Source of the DNA: Nemertoderma westbladi
Taxonomy: Eukaryota; Animalia; Xenacoelomorpha
Assembly (NCBI GenBank): GCA_032718475.1
Contig: JAUCBJ010003342.1
Coordinates: 1 to 64,000 of the forward strand
Length of the DNA: 64,000 bases
Reading direction: 5' to 3'
Below are positions 27,035 through 37,671 of this stretch, piece by piece. Numbering within the stretch: position 1 is the stretch's first letter; the number at the start of each line of letters is the position of its first letter. The notes below the pieces were generated by a model. It had not been told where the DNA came from, ran no database searches, and was given only the letters and a program-made list of their open reading frames with translations. The position numbers and the translations under genes were made by a program.

Positions 27035-28202
27035 TGTAAAAGCTTTTGCGGATATAACCAGTCATTTTTCTCCGCAATGAACTGTTTAGTTGTTTTAGTG
27101 GACATAACATGCCATTTTCTCCGCAATGTACCCTGTAGGTGTTTTAGCGGACATAACAAGCCATTTTATGCCGCAATACGCCAAATACTCTAAATAGAGT
27201 GTAGTTCAGATGACGAAATCTGTCAGCTGATTTACTGTCGGTGTGGAACTTTCTTTGTTCGGCTCGCTCGATCAATCAGAGCGATTTTCATTTTATTTTG
27301 CACAGAGGCCTATGGAAAACCGCGCAATGCATGATGGTCTTTGTTTACCTTTCTGAGCGAGAACAACTGCTTGGAAATTATTCTGTGCTTCTGTGTTAGA
27401 AGTTTCAGACTTTGGCCAACAATAGACGGCTTTGATTATAAAAACGTAAATCTATTAACTGGCCGGGATCTCTGCATCACCTGGCAAACCAAACTCTGCA
27501 TTCACGCAATCCTATTCACCGCATTATTTTACTGCTATTTACTGTCGGTTATTAATTGTACATGTTGATGGATATGTTGTTATATTTGGAGAATATCGAT
27601 AAATAATCATAAAACCCCAATCTTCTTGATTACTAAAGGTTAGAGAGACCGGTTACCGGTAGCAATTGCGACTTACATTACAGTGGTTTTAGTGTGCATT
27701 AAATGCTATTTCATAATCCCTACATGTGTCAGTTGCTATCCTCCTTATATATGATCAAATTCAGTGACGGTCGGCAGATCAGTGTGCAGCAGTGTGAAGT
27801 CGTATGCAGCAGTGTGACAGATAATAAAGCATCTCCTAAAGAATGCGCCATTTACTAAAATCAATAGCCATCTTGTTGTGTTTAGTATAAGTCTTAACTC
27901 TGTTTTATACTTAAAGCGCCACGTCCTAAAGGAACTGTTAATATTTCCCCGAAAGTGAATAATATTGTCAGAGATTATATAGTAACTATCAATCAAATAA
28001 TACTGTAGGTCTGCACCGCAATCCCTTCAAAGCATCCGAATCCAGTCTCCCTTAACCGTGGGTGAATGATCGCGCATTGACTGGCTTCGGCTAATGTTAC
28101 TTCATGTGCATTAAATAATTGTTATAGGCTAAAGTCGATTTATAAACAAGAGGACACCTAAAATTGGCAGGTTAAACTGCTAAAGGTCTGAAAGCACGAA
28201 CA
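27035..28202 (+). repeat. BEL-B 3' LTR
   Basis: Copy of 9968-11139, preceded by the PPT and followed by the TSD. Confidence 0.96.
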
Positions 28203-31200
28203 CTTGTTCACCACAGTTTGAAAGTTCCAAGTATTCTTGTTGTCGGGGTGTACCTGTAGAAAGTAGTCCCGCACAACTTTAAATCTGCTATCCAGTGGCA
28301 ATATATCCAGCACCTCCAAAAGTTCGTCGTATTGAGGCATAGCTGACACGTATCCTTCCTTCGACATTATGAGAGGGTTTACGGCCCAAAATCCCAAATG
28401 TGCTCTCATAGGGAAACGGCATCGCTGCGTTGATACATGCTCGTCTGCTAGATTCTCCCAATGGTCGAATAGCTGTCGAACGATTTTAACTGACATGTGC
28501 TCATAGGGGACGTCTCTAAGTTGACATTCGGATGCCCTATGGCCTTTAATATTACAATACGTGCACTGCGGCACGAAACGCCAGCAAGTGTAGAAAGTGT
28601 GCGAATGCTGATCCCCGCACCGGTTGCATACTAAGTCCGGTAGAGATATGTGTTTCGCTCCGCATTTCTTTGCGTGGTGGCCAGTTGCCCCGCATCTGCC
28701 ACAAATAGTGTTGGCAGGATACCAAACTCGCTCATAGATAAGATCTCCGATGGGGCGAGCGCTACCGTCCACGTGATAATTCTCATCATCCGGGTCAGTC
28801 GGTATGTTCGTCTCCGTGGGTTGTACACAAACCATGGCATCGCTTTTCTCCAACTCGCGTATCTCAGTTCGCATCTTCCTCGGAAGGTTCTCCTCTATCT
28901 CTATGAGTTGCCGCAATGGTTCGTCTATTATCGCCAACTCGGTTGAATCCACATCGTTGTGATGGGCGGTAGGCTCGCGAGCCTTCCAGGATCCTTCCGG
29001 GCCTTTGAATTCCGCGTGGCGTTCCCCGTCATAGGGTACTAACGTTAACATCGACGGTCTGTCGACTAGGCTTCCCGCGTGAGTGAGATAGACATCCCAG
29101 AAAATGCTAAGTCCCGCTCGCGTGAAAACTTCGCAGTGCGCATCGGTGTTATAAAAGGGTTGGCGAAATCGTCGGAATACATCAGTATGCGTCCTTCCTC
29201 TGTCGTAAAAGGTATGTCCTTCACCGAGACATAACGGATGTCGCTTTAGGGTCCTAGACACTACATCGGCGATGAAGCAAACGTTGACCGAAGATTCTAT
29301 CGCCAAATAGTATTGCAAGATTATTTGTGGAGGTGAAGTAATCGCCCAGTACACGCAACCTCGCCACTTTAGCTGTGACTCGAACTCGTTTACGCTGGGG
29401 GTATCTCCCTCTCCGTATACGTCCGTGTATTTGCTCCTCTTACTCTCCTTATAATCCCAACTGAACATTAGATATGAGATATAACCCGTCCCAGTTTTTA
29501 GTGTGTTATACTCCCTAAAATATCCTTGCTCAATAGCCCAAAGCAACAATGGTCTAGTATCCATGTATGGCGTAGGCAATCGATCCTCTTCCGTGGGCAT
29601 CCCTGCGAAATCGCTAATAAGGTCATCCCGTACACCGGATCCGATCTTGACAATGCTCTTGTCCAACACAACATCTCGCACGGCCTTTGGTAACATCCTA
29701 GCTTCTATGCTACAAGCCAGGTCCATGGATTTAACTATCCGTTTTATCATCGCGTGTCTTTGCGTCGTTCCTTCCGGCATAGGCATCTTTCTATCGCTCC
29801 TCTGTCGGCTGAAGACATGTAACACGCCATCTTGTGCTCTAATCTGTATAGTCTTCGAAGTGAGGCTTTGCTGATGGCTTCCTCCTTCATTATTGTAAAA
29901 CATGTAACCATTCTCCTTCAGAGATCGGCTAGTCACGTCCCAATCGTCGAGTAAATCGTCGGTAGGGTTCCAAATTCTCCCAATCATCTTTTCATCATCG
30001 AAGCTAATAGGTTTACCGGTCCAATTGGTCCTGATATCGGTGTCGGTCTCAAACTTCCGACTCCGATCCACAATCGAATCGTTTTCGTCAGATACCCTCG
30101 CAAGATGCAAGGTGCGATATCCATCCCCGCACGATCCACTTCCTTAAAGTCCGTAATATGTGGAGGCATGTTGCGTACGATTTTCTGAACTATTGTTCTA
30201 CGCAACTCGGCTGACTCTAACACATCACCATAGGTAACCGATGGGAGGAAATCCAGGTTCGAAATTATCTCTGGGTGTTCAACTATAGGAATCTCATAAG
30301 TTGTCTCCTTCCGGGTCGGTATACTAATAGGAAAGCTAGTTGGTCTTGCAACCGGTACTATCGTTCCAGCAGAATGGGGCTGAGGTTCTCGCGTCATCTC
30401 GACATGAGGTATCTGTAGTCTCTGCGACAAACGCTGAGCAAAGGTGATACTATCGAAGAGCTCGGGTGTCATCTCCTTAGGTTTGGTTTGATCGTGGGAT
30501 ATCCAATAGAATGGTAGGCTCGCGAGCCTTCCGCCTAACTCCTCGATCTCGCCTTTCTCGTACGCCTTGTACGCCCTGTAGAGGCTCAAAGCTTCCCGTT
30601 TCTCTTGCGTCGACTTATTAGACTCATCCACTACCATGCTGTAGACGTCTGGTTCGACTAATTTAGGTTCGTAAATAACGATCTCACCCGCGTTCGGTCC
30701 ACTCATCTTAAATGAATGATACGGATTCGTCAAAGGGTATCCGCCTTCTTGGTAACGTAGACTTTGGTGGTATGAGCATCGCGCTAATATCGGCTCGGGG
30801 TTCTCCGAGTTCAACCGCATAGGAATCGCATTGTCTTGCTCACGCATACATGCTCCACATTTGTAAAACAGTTTGTATATGGAGAACGCGTCCTTTGTCT
30901 CTGGATCTGCTATAAAGATGCATTCCTTCGAATTCGTCTCTGGCTGCAGGTAAGGGTTCATTTACCGTCAAATATTGCAGCATATGATATAATCGGCGTA
31001 TCTCTGTGTCTGGATCCTCACAAATGTCACTAGCGTCGCATAACGCATCGTAAGGATATAACGCATTGAACTCCGCGCGTAATTCCTCCGTTCTTTTGTT
31101 ATAAGCATCCAATCGCTGTTTATTCACATTCGGGTCCGCCTTGGATTTAGCGAGCTTGGCTGTACTCCTAGCCATACTCTCCACTCCAAACACACTAAAG

Positions 31201-31292
31201 TTTTTAGCTCCATAACGATTAAACGGCGCCTGGTGCTCTTGTTCCTGCGTAAACCCCTGACGTAACTCCTTATAAATCTTCTCCGCCATCAT
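28203..31292 (-). pseudogene. BEL-A accessory ORF2, N-terminal and central part: DEDDy-like exonuclease + 3 CCHC knuckles
   Basis: ORFs 31292-30840, 30961-29984 and 30110-28203. YNNEG; LPKAVRDVVLDKSIVKIGSGVRDDL; YLAIE; CGRCGATGHHAKKC, CNRCGDQHSHTFYTC, CTYCNIKGHRASEC. Confidence 0.8.
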
Positions 31293-33889
31293 ATACGCAT
31301 ATATATGGTTACATATCGTTACGTTTCTACTAGATGAAACACAAAATAGAGGTTAGATGTGAGGTGACTTAGAGTTTGTCGGCTTTTGGCTCAACTTTGC
31401 TCTAAAACCCCAACCCATTTGCCTAATGACTTCGGGTTCGCGTGATTTCGCACTGGCTCCTAATCCAAAAAAAAATTGTGCCGATAAAAAACGAATTCCG
31501 GGTAAACTAGCCGCGAGTCTAAAATACTCATCTTTTAATTTCCCAAACTACATTCCCAAAGAAATAATGCAGTCGAGAATTAATTCGGTCTAAATAATAG
31601 TAGACACGACTACGTAGAACAAGGCCGATTTTCTTTTTCCAAAAAAATTTATCGGTAGGCTCGCAAGCCTTCCATCCGCTCTTGTCCTCCCCAATTTTAA
31701 CTTCTATCTAGCTGTATTCTAGAATTCGCATTCACTGGAGAATCATTTTTCTTAAATTTAAATCCAACTAAATGGATTTGTCTAATAATTTTTGAAAATT
31801 GTCTCACTTGTGGGTTCCAAGTGGAATTCCATTCCTACTGTACACACAATCCCGCTCCTATGTGATACATAAGGGTACTACCCTCCATGTTCACATATAA
31901 AGACAATGGAATTCCACTGCTGTCTCTATCTACAGTGAAGAGGATTACAAATGCACATACAGTAATACAAAATACTAAATTACTAAAATATGGTAGGTCT
32001 ATGTGGCGGCCAACAAAGGTCCCACATCTCTATTTACTAATATTGGGTGGAGATTTGTAGTCTCCTGTCTCGTTTCTAGTCTCCTCAAGGAGTACGAGAC
32101 GTTGTACAGGTCTGTCTGCGGTACGTCCGTCGATAGTCCTTACAGTAACTGTCCTTACTACACCAGATGTAGGGTGCGTGGTCAAAATGACTCCAGTCAG
32201 CCAAAACCGTCTTTTCAGATTGGCTTCAGCCAATAAAACATGGTCACCGCGTCTCAAACATCGGGTATCAAGATACCAAGAGGTTCTGGTTGAAATAGAG
32301 GCCAAATAATATTTCTGCCATATTTCCCAGAATTTATTTGCAAGTAATTGAGTGATTTTCCAAGCCTTGTTGCCGTATCCATCGCTATTAACGGCTACCG
32401 AAATGGGCAACAATGTCGTCGGCGCCTGCATAAGCAGGTGCGCTGGTGTCAAGGCAAACTGTGCGTCGTTATTGTCTGGGATCAAAGCGATCGGTCTAGT
32501 GTTTAAAATCGCTTCGATTTCTATTAGTAACGTCGTCAGTTGATCGTCTGTCAATATGTGTTGCGTCGGTATTACTTTAGCCATAGCTGTCTTAATCGAG
32601 CCAATCAGCCTTTCCCAAATGCCGCCTCTCCACGGACTGTCTGGAGTATTAAAATACCAAACAATACGGTGAGGATGTAGTTCCTCGGAAATCTGGTTTT
32701 GGTCCAACTTCTTTAAAGCTCTGGTTATTTTGTTCTGTGCACCCACAAAGTTTGTCCCTTGGTCACAATAAATGGATTTGACCAATCCACATCTAGCGAT
32801 AAATCGCCGTAAGACTAGGATAAAGGCATTGGTGGTTAAATCTGTCACATGCTCTATATGGACAGCTCTGCTGGCCATGCAAGTGAAGATCAATCCCCAA
32901 CGTTTTACCTGTACCCTTCCGCGTTTCGCGATTATGGGTCCAAAACAGTCTATCCCTGTCTCAGTGAAAGGGGGGCTAAATGTCTGAAATCTCGCTAGTG
33001 GTAGTTCACTCATTTCTTGGTGTCCTATCCTCGCGTGCACCTTCTTACAAATCATACAGTTCCATGTTACCGAACTCAGTGCCTTACTAGGTCTAATCAG
33101 TACAAACCTCGATCGTAAGTGTGATAGACAGTGATGTCTACCCACGTGTTTGAGTTGTACATGTGCGTCCAGTATCATAGCGCGCTGTAATTCATGGTGT
33201 TGCGGTATGATGATAGGATACCTAAAGTCTAGTGCAAAGTCGATGTTTTGGAGTCTGGACTTGTGACAAAGTAAGCCCCGGTAAATAATCGGACTCCAAC
33301 TCAAAATCGGTGAAGACTTGATCTATTTACCTTGGTTGATCGCTGTGAACTCTCGTGCGAAATATCGCAATTGATAATGTCTAATGATATCAACTTCACA
33401 ATGACTAACTTCCTTTAAGGTAAGTCTTCTCGGAAAGTCGCGTTTGCCTCTGGCATATTGTCTCAAACGTTTGAGCCATGCTAACTTGCGGCACGCGTCA
33501 GTCCATGATCTAGTTAGGTTCACTATCATGTCAACGTAAGTGTTAGTGACGTCATCAGGTATGGTGTAGTCATAGTGTGGATACTTGTTTGGACTTGGTA
33601 GGCCCGCGGGCCTTCCGGTAGGTTTGTCTGAGTCCCCATGTATGTCAATCTCTACGGTCTTACCTTTACCGTCCGCATCTAGTGAGTCGACTGGCAGTAA
33701 CGGTTTCAACTCTATAGTCTTAGTGTGTTCCTGTGAGCCTGTAAGCTTCCTAACCTTAGTCACACGTTTACCTGTAGGTGGTAAGTCAAGTCTTTGAGCG
33801 GAGTGTGATCGCTGTGGCCACACCTTTGTCGTCCAAAGAAGTCAAATTTGGTAAGTTTCTAAATGTCCGCTCCAATGGGTCTTCTACTG

Positions 33890-34340
33890 GAGTGTCTAGT
33901 AGACAGTCTGGAGAAGCGTCCGGTGAACAGTCTGGTGAGACGTCTGGTGAGACATAGCGCGGAACATCCGGCGAAATGTCCTGTCGTCGGTCCCAAAGAA
34001 AGTCAGGCATAACTTCTGTCAGAAAGTCTGGTCTAAAGTCTGGTCCAATGTCTGGTCCAAAGTCTGGTCCAAAGTCTGGTGGACAGTCTGTCGAGATGTC
34101 TGGTGGAAAGTCTGGTGAGACGTCCGGTAGACAATCTGTCGAGAGTTCCATAAAACAATCTGGCGAGCAATCCGGAGAACAATCTGGTGTCGCTTCTGGT
34201 GAATAATCTGGCGAGTAATCTGGTGAACAATTCGGCGAAACGTCTGGTGAAATCTCCCGCGGAACATCCGGTGAAAGATTCGTACAAGCGTCTGGTCGAG
34301 AGTCTGGTGAGACGTCTGGCGTAATGTCAGGTCTAGTGTC
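33890..34340 (-). repeat. Degenerate 12-bp coding repeat (PDxS)n in the RNase H-integrase linker
   Basis: SPDV/SPDC/GPDF tetrapeptides in ORF 33786-34562. Confidence 0.85.
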
Positions 34341-35695
34341 CAGGTCATCAGATTTCGTCCGTCCTTGTTTCCTCTTGACCTTGGCGTTGGCTTTCGCTTT
34401 AGATTTGACAACCTTGTCGATTTTTATCTCGGCACCCTCTGGTATGGTATTGGTTGTCGCGTCGAATAACGGTGGCCATTCGTCTGATGGTCGCTGTAGG
34501 AAATCGGGTCCTCTAAACCAAAAGGATTTATTGTCTGGTTTACAAAAGTCAAGCGGTTGCATCCCCCGTGACGCGAAGTCAGCTCGGTTCAGCTTCCCTG
34601 GACAGTGATGCCAATCTTGTTTGAGAGACTGGTCTAATATTTCAGCCCGTCTGTTGGCTATGAAAGTCTTGAACTAAAACGCTTCGTTGTTTATGTACCA
34701 AATTACCAACGTCACATCCGTCCAATATGTGACCTTCAAGTTAGCCTCCAGCTCGCGTTGAACTAGACTGACAATATCGGTGGATATCGTCCCGGCTTGC
34801 AGCTCTCCACGAGGTACAGTCATATACTTCAACGGCATTGTTCTAGCCCTAGAAGTAACGAGAGACACATCGTAGCTGTCCGATGTCACTTGTCGTCTAA
34901 GGTATAAAGTAACCCCCAATCCATCCTTGCTAGCGTCACTAAAGCTGTGAAGCTCTAAATCGGCAGGAAAGGTGGTCTGCAAAGGAAAGTATACCCTCGG
35001 TATGGTATAGTCTTGTAGGAACGTCAGTTGGGCTTCCCAGTCCCTCCATTGCTCAGCTAACTTTTCTGTGATGGGGTCGTCCCATTCCAGTCCGGCTTGC
35101 CAAATGCTGCGGAGTATGATCCTAGCATGTAGGAACACTGGACTAATGAAACACAATGGGTCATACAATCGACTCATGGTCGATAAGCAAGTCCTCTTAG
35201 TGAGAGGTCTAGTCTGGTCGTTGGACCTTACACGTACCCTAAAATTGTCGGTGTTAGGGTCCCAACTAAGTCCTAATACTTTGGTCGTCGGTAGAGGTTC
35301 TAGGTCTAAGTCCAAGTCACCTCCACTACGATCAGTCGGGTCAAATGAGTTCACTAGTTCGGATTCGTTGGAAGCGAACTTCGTCAGGCGGAATCCACCC
35401 TCAGCGAGACAATCCTGGAGTTGGTGTGCTACGGTTGTAGCGCGCTACAAAGCGTCACAACTCTTGAGTCCGTCATCCACGTAGAAATCTCGTTCCACTG
35501 TCCGAACTACTTCTGGGTCAAATTGGTCTCGTCTGTCCAATGCGGTCTGCTTTAAGGCGTACATGGTGCAGTTGGGGCTGTCCCTGGCTCCGAAAACTCT
35601 TACCTGCATTTGGTAAGTTTCTGGCGGAAGTTCTAAATTTCCGTCCAGATACCAAAGAAACCTCAAGCTGTCCCTGTCCTGCTCCAAAGCCTTAA

Positions 35696-37265
35696 CCCTA
35701 TTAAACCCGGGGGGGGGGGGGTCAATATGACCCCTTCCGTGGTTTTTTTATTATAATTCTGAAACAGACGCAGTTGGGAATCTGATACTTTATGACTTTT
35801 CCTAAAAATCTATTGTCTTCCTAATAGTGAAAACCGTTTTCAAAAATATTGGGTAGTTTTCGAGTTATAGCACAATTTTTTAACCCTACTTTTGGCACTT
35901 TTTTTGAGACGTTTTTTGAAAATTACATTTCATTAAATATGAATTGTAACATCTCTATTTTTGATTTACACCGGTTTTTTGGTGTTAGCAATAGGATAGA
36001 ATTCATATAAATCGATTTAGAAATTTCAAACTTGTTTTTTTCGGTGGGTGCCAAATTTTGGTGCCAGCACCAAATTTTGAAATATGTCAATTTTGTAAAT
36101 TGATTGTTTGAAACTTGTTTTTGACGCAATTGGGGTTTTTTGGGGTTCTGGTTTCGATGGAATATATACGAGTTGCACCAAGCGTATCAAACTTGTATTT
36201 TTCGGTGCTGTGTGCAAATTTTGGTGCTAGCACGAAATTTTGAAAATCCATTTAATAGATAAAATTGCTTTTGACAATTTATTTCTTGCGTTTTAGAGGT
36301 TTATGGCTGTTCTGAATTCAATGGAATATATAATTATCGAACTAGACATCTAAAACTTGTATTTTTCGGAAGTGGGTGCAAAATGTGGTGCTAGCACCAA
36401 ATTTTGGAAATCATCAAATATATCAATTTATTGTGTCACCTTGTTTCTTGCGTTATACGGGTTTGTGAGGGTTCTGAATTCAATGGAACCAGTAAAAATT
36501 TCATAAGAGTTTTCAAACTTGTATTTTTCGCCGGTGGGTGAAAATTGTTGTGCCAGCACCAAATTTTGGAAAATAAGCAAATTGATCAGTAGATATAATC
36601 ATCTTGTTTCTTGCGTTATACGGGTTTATGCGGGTCCTGAATCCGATGGAATCAATAAAAACAGCACTGGACATCGCAAACTTGTACTTTTTGGTGATGG
36701 GTACGAAATTTGGTGCTAGCACCAAAATTTGCCAAATTACGCCGAAAAATACACGTAGCAATGATCTGGCATATTAGAAATGTATTCCATTAGAATCAGC
36801 GCCCTAGAAAACCTGAAAATGTGAATTTATAGCATCGTATAAGTGAATTAAAAATTTTGTGTTCTAACTGAAAAGTGCTGGTTACTTGTTTTTTTCATTT
36901 TTTTCCTACTCAGAGAGGACTAAAGAGCCATTTATAGTAATCATATCATTTTTAAATATTTTCCAATGTATTTTGCGCCCCAGAAAACCTGTATTGAAAA
37001 ACAATTAGCCGAAAAATGTAACTTTAAAATTTTGTGAAAATTGTGCACTACTTGTAATTTTGGTGCTGCAATATTACCATCCCAGTACATTTTTTCGAAA
37101 ACTTTTTTTTCGGTCGGATCCAGACTAGTGATACCTACGTACAAACAAAAAATCAGACGTTTTCGTTAATATTTGTAGATTTTAGAGGGAGGGGTCAATA
37201 TGACCCCCCCCCCCCCCCCCCCCCCCGGTATTTGTACAGCATTTTATAGCCCGGTACTAATAGGG
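35696..37265. mobile_element. piggyBac-type non-autonomous element (1570 bp), TTAA TSD
   Basis: TTAA-CCCTATTA...TAATAGGG-TTAA; subterminal GGGGTCAATATGACCCC; internal GCACCAAATTTT repeats; removal restores the RT frame. Confidence 0.93.
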
Positions 37266-37671
37266 TTAACCTGGTGAAACATGGCCTCTACGTCACAGGT
37301 GAAAGCCACTTTGCGTTGTCTAAAACGCATTAGGACTCCCATGAGGTAATTATTCATATTCGGCCCGTCAATCAATTCGCTGTTCATAGACATCCCTTGG
37401 TAAAGCGCTGCGCAGTCGTTGACTACACGCACCCTGCCAGGTTTGTCTGGGTGTCGAACAAAATGATGTGGCAGGTAATATGTCTGATCTGTGGTTACCT
37501 CGGGATTTAACATCCTAATGGCGTATCCCTTTTGGAGATACGTCTGAAGTTGCGCATTGTATTGCATATGGGCCGTCTCGTCTCGCAACAATCGCTGCCT
37601 TATTGATTTGAGTCGCCTCAAAGCAAGCGGGTAATTGTTAACGAGTTTAGGTTGTCCATTGCGCCATAAGG

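Larger units (their letters stand above)
9968..28202 (+). mobile_element. Full-length BEL/Pao LTR retrotransposon 'BEL-B' (18,235 bp) with accessory ORF2
   Basis: Paired LTRs TGT...ACA, TSD CTTGT (9963-9967, 28203-28207), PPT GGGAGCGG at 27027-27034, gag-PR-RT-RH-IN order with Pao-type motifs. Confidence 0.96.
32030..37671 (-). pseudogene. BEL-A pol (RT, RNase H, integrase), interrupted by a MITE
   Basis: RVRVVND, GPN, DVEAMFHQV-K-ALEQDRDSLRFLW restored across TTAA, YVDD, FSDAS, PRGEL, GIDCFGP, CDQGTNF, WRGGIWER, LNTRPI. Confidence 0.95.

Noticed and set aside
31330-31530. Equivalent structured RNA upstream of BEL-A ORF2
   Set aside because: Some stems are possible (TTAGAG/CTCTAA, GGGGT/ACCTC) but there is no sequence match to 22651-22815 and no second copy to test covariation.
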